DNA of 51,188 bases, taken from NCBI GenBank assembly GCA_964014485.1, contig CAXHAT010000029.1:1-51188 (forward strand), in the 5' to 3' direction. This DNA is from an uncultured Deferribacteres bacterium (GTDB taxonomy: Bacteria; Zhuqueibacterota; Zhuqueibacteria; Zhuqueibacterales; Geothermadaptataceae). Positions 9,821 through 19,818 of the stretch are shown here, one piece after another; positions within the stretch are counted from its first letter, which is position 1, and every line of letters starts with the position of its first letter. The translations under genes and the position numbers were made by a program. The notes under the pieces were generated by a model that was not told where the DNA came from, ran no database searches, and worked only from the letters and a program-made list of their open reading frames with translations.

Positions 9821-9949
9821 GGAGTGCAAAGCTTGCTTTGCCTCGCATCCGGCTCAAACAAACGAAACTCATTTTTCAACAAAAGATGGCGTGAACCGCA
9901 TGATTGGGCAAAAGCCCGCCGATGAAAAGCAAGGCAAGCCTTGTACTCC
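9821..9949. repeat. Inverted pair of GGAGT-type REP-like hairpins (REPIN-like)
   Basis: GGAGTGCAAAGCTTGCTTTGC (9821-9841) vs reverse complement of 9929-9949 GGAGTACAAGGCTTGCCTTGC, 18/21 identical with a compensatory change in the stem. Confidence 0.7.
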
Positions 9950-10084
9950 TTTCTCATTTTGCCGATGCAGCCGGCGGACGTCCGGACGCGGGGTTTTATG
10001 AAAGCCGTGCAGGATGCACCAAGCATACCAATGCACTATCAGGCAAGTTGAACACTAAGATTTGAAATTATCGGATTGTTCCGA

Positions 10085-12280
10085 TCAGGAGCTTTCTTGC
10101 AAGGCCGGCGTTGGGGAGTCATCGTCCTGAGCGCCGCCGGCTCTCCATTGCAGCATAATACGCGCAATATTCGTTGCGTGGTTGCTCATTCGACGAAACT
10201 GTTCGAGTAGATCCTGGTGCGTTTCGCTGGTGAGTTGGCTTTCCGGCACGTCGTCGCGCAGACGTTCAAAATGCGTACGCACGAACGCTTCTTCCAAAGA
10301 GCGGTGTTTTTTAAACTTGCGTTTCATCTTCTTGGCTTTTTGCAAGTCAACGTCTTTGAAAACGGTCAAAGCGCGTCCGACCTGCTTGATGGTTTGTTGG
10401 TGGAAATCAATGAGTTCTTGCCGCCCTTTTTCTGAAAACTGGTCTTGCAGCGCCAGCCACTTTCGAGCGCGCGGGGCCAAGTTTTTGTGAACAATGTCCG
10501 CAATCTGCTCAAACTCCGTCACGGCGTACATCATCTGAAACGCCTCTTCCGTTTGCTCTTCCGAGATGCTTTGTTGACTGATTCGCGTCAAATACAGGTT
10601 CGTTTTATCATATAGAAAATCAACTTCCTGCTCAATGTTATTGATTTCTTCAAGAACTGCTGCGTCCCGTGATACGAATGCATTGAGAATTTTTTCCGCC
10701 ATCGTTTTCGCTTTTTCCGCGATCACCAGAATTTCCGCTTTTGCCAGACTCAGCGCCAGCACCGGCGTGGAAATAAGAGCATCATCGATGAATCGCGTTT
10801 TGTATTTCTCTTCAATCGTCTCTTCTCGATCAGGAAGAATCTTCAAAATCAAGTTCGCGGACTGACGGGCGAATGGCAGGACAATCAAGGCCGTTGCAAT
10901 ATTGAAAATGGTGTGCGCATTGGCGATTTGGCGTGGTACAATAGCCGCCAATTGCTCCGTTCCCGAAAGACCAGGGTCGCCTTGTGGTGAAATAGAACGA
11001 ATGAACTCGGCAAAAGTCGGTATCCAAAAAATGAACACCAGCACGCCCGCCACTTGAAAAAGCGTGTGTGCAGCGGCCACGCGCTTGGCTTCTCGTCCGG
11101 CGCCCAAACTCGCCAGTCCGGCAGTTATACACGTCCCGATATTGGCGCCAAGAATAAGCGGAACCCCCGCTTCCAAAGTCAGCAAGCCCTGAATCGCTAG
11201 AACGATCAAAATTCCCGTAAAAGCGCTGCTGCTTTGGATCAACGCCGTAAATGCGGCGCCGACCAAAATGCCAAGCACGGGATTTTCAAGCGTAATGAGA
11301 AGGTCAATAAACGGCTGCCATGAACGCAGCGGATACATCGCTTCGGACATGATGCGCATGCCGAAAAACAATAACCCAAAGCCGAGAATCGTTTCGCCGA
11401 TGTTTTTCGCCTTTTCTTGTTTGGCCAAAAAATGTACGCCCATACCCAGCGCTACCATGAGCAATGCATAGTCCGTCAGCTTGAAAGCAACCAATTGCGC
11501 GGTGATGGTTGTACCAATGTTCGCGCCCATAATCACGCCAAGCGATTGCACGAAAGTCATCAGTTGCGCCTGAACAAAACTGACGAGCATCACCGTCGTT
11601 GCACTGCTGCTTTGAATAATCATCGTCACAAAGGCGCCGACCCCAAGCGCAACAAAACGATTGTGCGTCAGTTTGCTCAAAATGGTTTTCATCCGGTCGC
11701 CGGCGGTCTTTTTCATGCCGTCGCTCATCATTTTCATGCCGTAGAGAAACATGCCGAGCCCGCCCAAAAGCCCGATGATTAGCATGAAAACCCAATTGCC
11801 TTTTCGTGCCGAAGCTTTGTATAAAAGCAAATTATTTTCGCCGCCGGATTGTATGTCCAGCTTTGCCGCGAGCACATATTCGCCCGCCTTACTGCCAAGA
11901 TTTACTCGCACTGCTGCAAGACCGTTTTCGTCCGTGTAGGCGAGGTCTTTCGAGATAGAAAATCCTCCTGCGCCTTTCGGCGAGGAAATGAGAGAAAATC
12001 GTACCGGGATATTGGAGACCGGTTGCCCGTTTTCATCGTTAGCTTGCACGCGAATGGGTTTGGACAGAGAATCGCCGACAACCGCATACTGCCCGTCGCC
12101 GGAAAAATTGGGGATCGTTGTTGATGGTGGTTTAGTGAGAGAGATTTGCTGCAAGCGAGCCGTTTGACCCAAATGTTTTTCTGCAGCCCAACCAAGTTGC
12201 GGAATGAGCAAAAGAAAAACGCCCCGCCACAAAAGGCGCTCTCCGTGTATAAAAATATCAGGCCAACTCTCTTGTCTCAT
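10085..12280 (-). CDS. Na/Pi cotransporter (NptA/YjbB family) with N-terminal exported Ig-like (Big_1-like) domain and C-terminal PhoU-like domains; start uncertain (GTG 12301 or ATG 12280)
   Basis: Two QSSS motifs (IIQSSSATT, LIQSSSAFT) and two GANIGT motifs; PhoU-like C-terminus (EFEQIADI, FRRMSNHATNIA); N-terminal DENGQPVSNIPVRF..TDENGLA Ig pattern. Confidence 0.9.
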   Translation of the reverse strand: MRQESWPDIFIHGERLLWRGVFLLLIPQLGWAAEKHLGQTARLQQISLTKPPSTTIPNFSGDGQYAVVGDSLSKPIRVQANDENGQPVSNIPVRFSLISSPKGAGGFSISKDLAYTDENGLAAVRVNLGSKAGEYVLAAKLDIQSGGENNLLLYKASARKGNWVFMLIIGLLGGLGMFLYGMKMMSDGMKKTAGDRMKTILSKLTHNRFVALGVGAFVTMIIQSSSATTVMLVSFVQAQLMTFVQSLGVIMGANIGTTITAQLVAFKLTDYALLMVALGMGVHFLAKQEKAKNIGETILGFGLLFFGMRIMSEAMYPLRSWQPFIDLLITLENPVLGILVGAAFTALIQSSSAFTGILIVLAIQGLLTLEAGVPLILGANIGTCITAGLASLGAGREAKRVAAAHTLFQVAGVLVFIFWIPTFAEFIRSISPQGDPGLSGTEQLAAIVPRQIANAHTIFNIATALIVLPFARQSANLILKILPDREETIEEKYKTRFIDDALISTPVLALSLAKAEILVIAEKAKTMAEKILNAFVSRDAAVLEEINNIEQEVDFLYDKTNLYLTRISQQSISEEQTEEAFQMMYAVTEFEQIADIVHKNLAPRARKWLALQDQFSEKGRQELIDFHQQTIKQVGRALTVFKDVDLQKAKKMKRKFKKHRSLEEAFVRTHFERLRDDVPESQLTSETHQDLLEQFRRMSNHATNIARIMLQWRAGGAQDDDSPTPALQESS

Positions 12281-12322
12281 CACGACAATACTATGTAACA
12301 CACTTCGGATAACATTCGTGAG

Positions 12323-12342
12323 CTTAACGTTGAATTAACACA
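12323..12342 (+). promoter_or_regulatory. Candidate Pho box (11-bp periodic TTAAC direct repeat)
   Basis: CTTAACGT-TGA-ATTAACAC, with further TAACA half-sites at 12296 and 12310, between two phosphate-related divergent genes. Confidence 0.45.
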
Positions 12343-12426
12343 CAATTCATTTTTTCTTCAACTTTTAAAAGACCGTCGCCAATACATTGAAACAACCCTG
12401 TTATTCAACCTAACCGGATTTTTGTT

Positions 12427-13245
12427 ATGTCAAACAAGAAAACTTTAGAGAACAAGCAAGCTGCGCCTAAAAAAATAGACACAAAAGTTTATGAGAAACA
12501 ACTTGCGCACCTCCAAATAGAACTTGTCAAATTGCAGGAATGGGTCAAGCATGAAAAACTGAAAGTTGTGGTCATTTTTGAAGGGCGTGACGCAGCGGGG
12601 AAAGGCGGCGTGATCAAACGGATTATGCAAAGACTCAATCCACGAGTTTGCCGCGTCGTCGCGCTCGGCGTGCCAACAGAACGTGAAAAAACGCAGTGGT
12701 ATTTTCAGCGCTACGCCGCGCACCTGCCAGCATCCGGCGAGATGGTGCTTTTTGATCGGAGTTGGTACAATCGCGCCGGCGTTGAGCGCGTTATGGGATT
12801 TTGCACTGACGAAGAATATGAAGAGTTTTTACGGTCTTGCCCCCAGTTCGAACGCATGCTCGTTCGTTCGGGAACCATTCTCATTAAGTATTGGTTTTCT
12901 GTCAGCATTGAAGAGCAGGAAAAACGATTTCAAGACCGATTGCTCAACCCGGTCAAACGCTGGAAGCTCAGTCCAATGGATTTGAAATCACGCGATTTGT
13001 GGGAAAAATATTCCATCGCCAAAGATAGAATGTTCGCCTATACAGACATCAAACAAGCGCCGTGGTTCGTTGTCAATGCGGATGTTAAAAAACGTGCTCG
13101 TCTGAACTGCATTCACCACTTGTTAAGCCAAATTCCCTACGATGATTTGACGCCCGATCCCATGGAACTGCCGCAGCGCAGCGAGTATACCGGCTACATC
13201 CGCCCGCCAATCACAGATCAGACTTTTGTTCCGGAAGTTTATTGA
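12427..13245 (+). CDS. ppk2: Polyphosphate kinase 2 (single domain)
   Basis: FEGRDAAGKGG Walker A, LFDRSWYNRAGVERVMGFC, WKLSPMD signatures. Confidence 0.97.
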   Translation: MSNKKTLENKQAAPKKIDTKVYEKQLAHLQIELVKLQEWVKHEKLKVVVIFEGRDAAGKGGVIKRIMQRLNPRVCRVVALGVPTEREKTQWYFQRYAAHLPASGEMVLFDRSWYNRAGVERVMGFCTDEEYEEFLRSCPQFERMLVRSGTILIKYWFSVSIEEQEKRFQDRLLNPVKRWKLSPMDLKSRDLWEKYSIAKDRMFAYTDIKQAPWFVVNADVKKRARLNCIHHLLSQIPYDDLTPDPMELPQRSEYTGYIRPPITDQTFVPEVY

Positions 13246-13261
13246 ATTTGATGAACCGCTG

Positions 13262-16200
13262 TCAAAAAAAAGCCCGCACTTCAGCTTTCGCGATGTGTAT
13301 TGTGCGAGGGCGGTCAGGCTCGTTTCGGCCCTGGTAAGTGATTGAAGCGTTGAGGTTTTGGGAGAGGCGGTAATTGAAGGAAAAATTCCAGCGAAAAGTG
13401 TCGCCGGCGCGGTTGCCTTGCGCGAGTTCAAAAGGAATCGGCTGCCCTGGCGCGGCGTCTGCCGTCACGCTCGTGTACTCAATTTCGCTCCGGAGCACGC
13501 CCTTGCCGCTGAGAGAATAAACCGCGCGCGGCTTCAGCGTAATTTGCCGAACGGTTGTCGCCGGATCGGGCGCTTCGTCGCGATCTCGCCCGAAAATTGA
13601 ACGCAAAGCCAGCTCGAAACGCGGGCGCGGGCGATAAGAAAAATCGCTTTCAAAGCGTAGGCCGCGCACAAAGCGATCAAATCTGCCGGGAATGGAAAAC
13701 GTTCGGTCTTCGCGCCGTTGAATCAATTCAAATTGTCCCGCCACATTTTTGGCCAGCGTTCTATTCAATCGCAGTTCATGCCTGATCTCCCGCCGTCGTT
13801 GACCGCCTTCAAGAAATTGATTATTCAAACTTTTGGCCGTCACCAATCGATAGCGCAGCGAAAAATCCCGCCGACTTTGGTAAAGGTGGAAATCCTGCCG
13901 CAAGCTCAAATTCCCTAGCAAAGAAAATTCCTGATTCTGGTAGCGCGAAAGGTTGAAAAAGTAAATATCGCGTACATCCGGATCGCGCGTTTTCTCTTCG
14001 ACCCGCACCAATGTTTCGCCGGAAAGCGGCATGAGCAGTTTTTGAATCCCAGAAAGCGTCTTCTTGTTTTTCAACGCCGTTTCAGGCTTGACGCGCAATT
14101 GCAAACGACTGCGTAAATCGGAAACAGGGATGAATTCGTCGGTCGGCACCAAGCGTCGGATAAAATCGCCGAACGGGCGTTGAACATATTCATTTAAATC
14201 ATCGCTGAAAATGTAGTTGCCTTCCCCCTCGCGCACACGAAAAAAAACTTCCTCCTGCTGGTTGACCTGCGAATTGGAAATTTGGTAGCGCGCGTCCAGA
14301 CGCACGGCGCGCCGCCAGCCGTGCCAGCCCAAACGTATTTCCGCCAAATCAGTGCGTGTGTTTTGGCGCAGACTATCCGTGTAATCGCGCTCACGATGAA
14401 CATAATTAGCGCTTGCCTGTATATTTTTCCAGCGTTGAATCGAAAAAGCGTAGGACTGCGTCCGCGCCTCGCTGGCTTGTTGAAAAACTTCGCCGATGCG
14501 ATCATCATCTCGCCGAATTGAATATTTGGCCTCAAAGCGTGCGTTTTGCCATTTTTCCAGAGCAAAACCGCCGGTATAATCGCCGAAGCGGAAACCGGTG
14601 CGGAGCGTATCAAAGCGTGCGTCTTTCTTGGTTTCTTGTTCAATTTGAAAGATGGGTCGAATAAATCCAAGGCGCCGGTTCAGCGCCCCTTTCTGCCGCA
14701 TCCAGGAATCTCCGCTCGACAAGGTTCTCGTTTTTCGTGCAATGTTTTCGATGCGATAGTTTAGGTTGAGCAGGTCGGGGCGTCGCCAATTCGCGCCAAT
14801 CTCCCAGCGGTCGGAATTGACGTCTGCTGCGTCTTGTTGCAACGCGCCAAGAGTACCATAAAACTGCATTTCGTTCCACGGCTCAAAACGTAATTCCGCC
14901 TCACTGATCGATTCTCCAAGTCCGGCCGTAACGTCTTGAATATCCCAACGTCTGCCGAATTCGATCACGTCCGCACGATCAATGTCTTGGTAGCGCTCCC
15001 CACGTCTACGGTGCTTAAGTCGCAGCGAACCCTTGCCTAAATTCCGCCCTAAAAAGCGCAATTTTTCCGGCGCATAATTTAGTTCCCAAAAAGATGCGCC
15101 GCCGCGATTGTCATCATCGTTTAGTCCTGAATAAAGATTGTTGTCAAAACCACTGACAGCGATTTCCGAGCGCAAAGTAAGTCCGGGAAGCGGCGAAGCG
15201 TCAATGCGAAAATCAGCAAGTTCGTTGCGTTGCGCCTTCGGCAAAATGACGAATGGTCGATAACGCCCGGCGCCCTCACCAACGAAATCGTAGTTGCCAA
15301 AACCGGAATATCGGTAGTCTCCATTTCCGTCGCCGAAATCTGAAAAACGCACGCGATAATCGCCGTTGCCCCTGCCGACAAAAACAAAAATTGAGTCTTG
15401 CAGAAGATAACTGCCCTGGTTTTCGCCAACGAAAAGCGCGCCGTCGACAAAGGCGAGACTGTCACCGGCGCCGGAGAGCGTTTCGAGCAATTCGTCAGTC
15501 AGCGGCAGGCCGAGAGGGTTGTTTTTATCGTCGCTTTCGCGCAACAGGGTCGTGCGTATTTTCAGTTTGTCGCCAAACGTGCGGATGTTTGCTTCCGAGC
15601 CAAACAAAGTGCGCTGAAATTTTTCATCTGAAAATTGAAAATCGATTGTAATGCGCGAATCGCCGGTGATAAGCCGATTGCGTGTAAAGGTCATTTGCCC
15701 ATTGCCGTATTCGATGACATAGTCGTTGTTTTCACCGCGGATCATCGGCTCGCCGTCAATCCAAACGCGCTCGGTTCCGGCAAGAATGATAATATCGACC
15801 TGGCCTTTGTCTCCGGTCAATTGATAAGGGCCCTGGTTGCCCTCGACTCCCAATAACTCCATCGTGTGGAAACGCCCGCGTGAAACGGCTCCAAAGATGG
15901 ATATTTTTGCCGCGCCTTGCTCAACGTTTATGGCAGCGCCTTGCAATTTCCGACGAAATCCGGCAAACTCCGTCCCCGAAAACGTAAGTTCATAATCCCC
16001 CATCGTCGCGTCAAAATGTCTGCCTTTGAGATTAATGAAAACCTGGTCGATTTCACGCAACGTTTGTGTATTTCCTTCCGGCTGGATCGGCGTATTCTGG
16101 TCGGTGAGCGCAGCAGTCACCGCAATATCTTCCGTAATATTTCCAGAGAGTTGGAGGCGCAGCCCGGAATCTACGCGTAAATTCTGATTTGAACCGACAG

Positions 16201-16687
16201 ACACGCCGCGCGTCAGACTACCGCTTCGCTTCAAATCAGAGACGTAACGAGGGTGCGCCTCGTCGCGAAAACGGTCATCAAGATTGATTGTACGCAACAG
16301 ATTTTCCAGGGCTTGTGTCGTGTCGGTTCGCACCGGCTCAATTTTGCGATTTTGAAAGCGCCTTGGGGTGGGCAGCGGCAGGCGTGTGTAAGAAATTTTT
16401 AACGTTTGCCCGAGGGTTGTCGAGTCGTTTTCAAGAATAATTACAGCAGCCGCGTAATCGATTTTGTATTCCGTTTCTCGTTGCAAGAGACGATTATTCA
16501 GAAAAAGGCTGTCGGAACCGACAACGAGAAAGCTGTCTTGCAGGCTGATCGTTTCTTGAATTTGCGAGATTTGAACGGTACGTTTTTTCTGGAAGAGATT
16601 TTCGGCGGGTTGAGAAAAACTTCTGCTCGGCAATGCCGCCAATATGCACAAACTTAGAACGACAACTGCTGCACGGCAATGGCGCAT
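13262..16687 (-). CDS. Large outer-membrane beta-barrel protein, FCB-type conserved hypothetical (start ATG 16687 overlapping the upstream stop; ORF track starts at 16708)
   Basis: Signal peptide; SGSLTRGVSVGSNQ..SGLRLQLSG..TDQNTPIQPEGNTQ motif; alternating beta-strand pattern; C-terminal AEVRAFF. Confidence 0.7.
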   Translation of the reverse strand: MRHCRAAVVVLSLCILAALPSRSFSQPAENLFQKKRTVQISQIQETISLQDSFLVVGSDSLFLNNRLLQRETEYKIDYAAAVIILENDSTTLGQTLKISYTRLPLPTPRRFQNRKIEPVRTDTTQALENLLRTINLDDRFRDEAHPRYVSDLKRSGSLTRGVSVGSNQNLRVDSGLRLQLSGNITEDIAVTAALTDQNTPIQPEGNTQTLREIDQVFINLKGRHFDATMGDYELTFSGTEFAGFRRKLQGAAINVEQGAAKISIFGAVSRGRFHTMELLGVEGNQGPYQLTGDKGQVDIIILAGTERVWIDGEPMIRGENNDYVIEYGNGQMTFTRNRLITGDSRITIDFQFSDEKFQRTLFGSEANIRTFGDKLKIRTTLLRESDDKNNPLGLPLTDELLETLSGAGDSLAFVDGALFVGENQGSYLLQDSIFVFVGRGNGDYRVRFSDFGDGNGDYRYSGFGNYDFVGEGAGRYRPFVILPKAQRNELADFRIDASPLPGLTLRSEIAVSGFDNNLYSGLNDDDNRGGASFWELNYAPEKLRFLGRNLGKGSLRLKHRRRGERYQDIDRADVIEFGRRWDIQDVTAGLGESISEAELRFEPWNEMQFYGTLGALQQDAADVNSDRWEIGANWRRPDLLNLNYRIENIARKTRTLSSGDSWMRQKGALNRRLGFIRPIFQIEQETKKDARFDTLRTGFRFGDYTGGFALEKWQNARFEAKYSIRRDDDRIGEVFQQASEARTQSYAFSIQRWKNIQASANYVHRERDYTDSLRQNTRTDLAEIRLGWHGWRRAVRLDARYQISNSQVNQQEEVFFRVREGEGNYIFSDDLNEYVQRPFGDFIRRLVPTDEFIPVSDLRSRLQLRVKPETALKNKKTLSGIQKLLMPLSGETLVRVEEKTRDPDVRDIYFFNLSRYQNQEFSLLGNLSLRQDFHLYQSRRDFSLRYRLVTAKSLNNQFLEGGQRRREIRHELRLNRTLAKNVAGQFELIQRREDRTFSIPGRFDRFVRGLRFESDFSYRPRPRFELALRSIFGRDRDEAPDPATTVRQITLKPRAVYSLSGKGVLRSEIEYTSVTADAAPGQPIPFELAQGNRAGDTFRWNFSFNYRLSQNLNASITYQGRNEPDRPRTIHIAKAEVRAFF

Positions 16688-17610
16688 TATTTTCCTATTG
16701 AATAACAAAAGACGACATTTTGAGCGCTGTCGAGAAGATACAAGACGTTTCGAGTAAGGGCCAGGCTTGTGATTTTTTGATTGGCGGTCGGGAATTGGGG
16801 GCTGCTTTGCAAAACGGGGCTGCCGTCATGAGCAAAAACCTTCAGGTCGTTGGTTCGCTCTTCAAGTATAAAAATATGCTCTCGAGAAACAGCGATTTCC
16901 GCTACCGGGCTTGAATTTTCCAACAAAATTTCGTTGAGAAAATTGCCGAAATAATCAAATTGAATGACGGATCGTCTTTCATTATCCGCAACGAATACAG
17001 CCTTATCTTCAAATACAGCAAGACTTACGGGGGAACCGAGAACACCGGCTCCCCAATCGTAATCTCCAAAACTTTCAACCGGTTCGAATTCAGCGTTTAA
17101 CTTCAGAACTCGATTATGTTCTCTTTCAGCGATAAACAACTCGCCAAAATTAGAAAACGAAACTGCGATGGGAAAAGCGAATTGTAATCGTTGATCTTCC
17201 GCCTGCCTACCGAGAATCGAAGCAACAAAATTAAGCTTGCGGTCAAAACGCTGGATACGACTATTGTTGTAATCTGCGACAAAAACGTCAAGACCGTTTT
17301 CAGCCCAAATCGCGACAGGCGAATCGAATTGCTCATCTTGCCAGCCGAATCCACCCACTTCACGAACAAATTCGCCTTCACTGTTAAAGCGCATGACGCT
17401 GTTTTTCGATGCATCAATGGCGTAAATATCGTTTTGCAGATTTACGGCAATCGACGTAAGGCGAGACTGCGCAAAATCGTCTCTCTCGGGCTTTGAAAGT
17501 TGGATTGTTTTTGTATGTCTGAGCTCAACAGTCTGAGAAATGAGCTTCGGCGGGATTGACATAATGAGCAATGAACCACTAAAAGTCACAGCAAAAAAGC
17601 TGTCGTTCAT
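16687..17610 (-). CDS. NHL-repeat beta-propeller protein (start uncertain; ORF extends to 17673)
   Basis: Repeated FDSPVAI..VFVADYNNSRIQRFD, FAFPIAV..LFIAEREHNRVLKLN, SPVSLAV..VFVADNERRSVIQFD. Confidence 0.85.
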   Translation of the reverse strand: MNDSFFAVTFSGSLLIMSIPPKLISQTVELRHTKTIQLSKPERDDFAQSRLTSIAVNLQNDIYAIDASKNSVMRFNSEGEFVREVGGFGWQDEQFDSPVAIWAENGLDVFVADYNNSRIQRFDRKLNFVASILGRQAEDQRLQFAFPIAVSFSNFGELFIAEREHNRVLKLNAEFEPVESFGDYDWGAGVLGSPVSLAVFEDKAVFVADNERRSVIQFDYFGNFLNEILLENSSPVAEIAVSREHIFILEERTNDLKVFAHDGSPVLQSSPQFPTANQKITSLALTRNVLYLLDSAQNVVFCYSIGK

Positions 17611-17856
17611 TAGTCGAAACGCGTCGGATATTTTTTTGGCAAAGCTGCTTTTTTGACGATGATTGATTGACATAGTTCACCCGAAATTTCCGCCCTGTCG
17701 TCGCAAGCGGTGCTGAGACGACAAAAGCCTGTGCTCGTGCTTGATGTGAAATTATACTTGCAAGCTCCGGATACGATCCCGGTTCAATGCTTTTATCATG
17801 CCATAATTTCTCAAACACAAACACAGGCTTCTCTAAGGCCTGATCATTTTCACGCC

Positions 17857-18414
17857 TTAAACTTCCATAATCTCGATCTCTTTGTTCTTCAAAACTTCGT
17901 CTATCGATTTAACATGTTTGTCGGTAGTCTTTTGAACTTCATCCATGTACGTATGCGATTGATCTTCCGACAACTCATGATTTTTTTCGAGCTTTTTTAA
18001 ATGCTCGTTGGCGTCACGACGAATGTTTCTTATAGCAACCCGCCCGTCTTCCGCAAGCTTTCTGCAAATTTTCACAAATTCTTGTCGTCGTTCTTCGTTA
18101 AGCGGCGGAATTGGAACGCGAATTATTGTGCCGTCGTTGGCTGGGTTGAATCCCAAATCGGCGGTCAAAATCGCTTTTTCAATAGCGCCAACCAGGTTTT
18201 TATCCCACGGCTGAACAGTAATCAAGCGCGCGTCAGGCGTGGATACAGTCGCCACCTGGTTTAGGGGCATTGGGCTGCCATACGCGTCTACTTTCACTGG
18301 ATCCAACAAAGCCGGAGAAGCTTTACCGGTACGAATTTTCGCCAGCTCGTCGCGGGTGGCTTGAACGGTCTTGTCCATCCGATCGCTTGCATCGTTAACA
18401 ATCTCGTGTGACAT
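17857..18414 (-). CDS. frr: Ribosome recycling factor
   Basis: IRTGKASPALLD, IRVPIPPLNEERR, RVAIRNIRRDAN. Confidence 0.98.
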   Translation of the reverse strand: MSHEIVNDASDRMDKTVQATRDELAKIRTGKASPALLDPVKVDAYGSPMPLNQVATVSTPDARLITVQPWDKNLVGAIEKAILTADLGFNPANDGTIIRVPIPPLNEERRQEFVKICRKLAEDGRVAIRNIRRDANEHLKKLEKNHELSEDQSHTYMDEVQKTTDKHVKSIDEVLKNKEIEIMEV

Positions 18415-18417
18415 GCT

Positions 18418-19140
18418 TCAATTCCCGGTAATTTTTGTTCCAATTTTTTCGCCGCGAATAACGCGCTCCAAATTACCTGGCTGGGTGATGTTGTACACGA
18501 TGATCGGTAATTTATTGTCCATGCAAAGCGTTGCGGCGGTTGCATCCATGACTTTCAAACTTTTATTCAAAATATCCATGTGCGTCAATGTATCAAACAT
18601 TTTCGCATCACTGTTAAGTTTTGGATCCGAGTCATAAACGCCGTCAACCTTGGTCGCTTTCAAAATCACTTCCGCTTCAATTTCGATGGCGCGCAGAGAA
18701 GCGGCGGTATCCGTTGTGAAATACGGGTTGCCTGTCCCTGCAGCAAAAATGACGACGCGTCCTTTTTCCAGATGCCGAATAGCACGACGGCGGATAAAAG
18801 GTTCAGCCACTTCTTCCATTTTGATCGCGGTTTGAACGCGCGTGAAGACATTGTGACGTTCGAGATAATCCTGCAGCGCAAGCGAGTTAATCACCGTCGC
18901 CAACATTCCCATATAGTCAGCCTGGACGCGATCCATGCCGCGTGCGCTTGCTGAAAGGCCGCGAAAAATATTGCCGCCGCCGATAACAATCCCGACTTGA
19001 ACGCCGAGACGAATGACTGTTCTTATTTCCTGCGCCAGTCTGTCAACAACATTGGGATCAACACCTAATCCTTGCTCACCCATTAACGCTTCTCCGCTCA
19101 ATTTGAGCAGTACGCGCTTAAAAGCCGGTCCTTGCATCAT
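18418..19140 (-). CDS. pyrH: UMP kinase
   Basis: [30 protein letters not shown]. Confidence 0.98.
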   Translation of the reverse strand: MMQGPAFKRVLLKLSGEALMGEQGLGVDPNVVDRLAQEIRTVIRLGVQVGIVIGGGNIFRGLSASARGMDRVQADYMGMLATVINSLALQDYLERHNVFTRVQTAIKMEEVAEPFIRRRAIRHLEKGRVVIFAAGTGNPYFTTDTAASLRAIEIEAEVILKATKVDGVYDSDPKLNSDAKMFDTLTHMDILNKSLKVMDATAATLCMDNKLPIIVYNITQPGNLERVIRGEKIGTKITGN

Positions 19141-19189
19141 CTATCCTGTTTCCACTAATCCTGTGATGGGAATCTTGAGCTTAATTTTT

Positions 19190-19786
19190 TTATTCGCCGC
19201 CTAACTGAAAACGCGAGAAACGCTTAATGCCAATGTTTTCGCCGATTTGCGCGATAGCTTCCGTGACTAGCTCTTTTATTGTAAGGTTCTGATCTTTGAC
19301 AAAATTTTGCTCCAGCAAAACCATTTCCTGACAGAATTTATCGAGCTTTCCCTGGACAAACCGATCAAGAATATGTTCTGGCTTTCCTTCATTCAGCGCT
19401 TGGCTGCGGTAGATTTCTCTCTCTTTTTCAAGCGTTTCTTCAGGAATTTCTTCACGGCTCACGGCAACGGGATTTGTTGCAGCAACTTGCATGGCAATGT
19501 CTCGAGCAAGCGTTTGGAACTGCTCCGTTTTCGCAACAAAATCCGTTTCACAATTTAACTCAACAAGAACGCCAAGCTTGCTTCCCGGGTGAATGTACGC
19601 TTCAATGATACCTTCATTCGTCGTCCGCCCGACTTTTTTTTCTGCCAGGGCGGTTCCGCGCTCGCGAAGATATTCAACTGCCTTATCAAAATCACCGTCC
19701 GTTTCCTGGAGCGCTTTTTTGCAATCCATGATGCCCGCGCCGGTCTTTTCACGCAGCGCCTTAACTGCGCTTGCCGCTATCGCCAT
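19190..19786 (-). CDS. tsf: Elongation factor Ts (short 198-aa form)
   Basis: [42 protein letters not shown]. Confidence 0.98.
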   Translation of the reverse strand: MAIAASAVKALREKTGAGIMDCKKALQETDGDFDKAVEYLRERGTALAEKKVGRTTNEGIIEAYIHPGSKLGVLVELNCETDFVAKTEQFQTLARDIAMQVAATNPVAVSREEIPEETLEKEREIYRSQALNEGKPEHILDRFVQGKLDKFCQEMVLLEQNFVKDQNLTIKELVTEAIAQIGENIGIKRFSRFQLGGE

Positions 19787-19818
19787 TCTATCTTTTCTCC
19801 AAAAATATATTGTTAGAT

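Noticed and set aside
9556..10026. Short ORFs and a possible c-di-GMP-I riboswitch (GGGCAAAAGCCC..GAAA near 9906)
   Set aside because: The ORFs run through REP-like repeats; the GGCAAAC..GAAA..GACGCAAAG pattern is incomplete and on the wrong strand for the TPR operon
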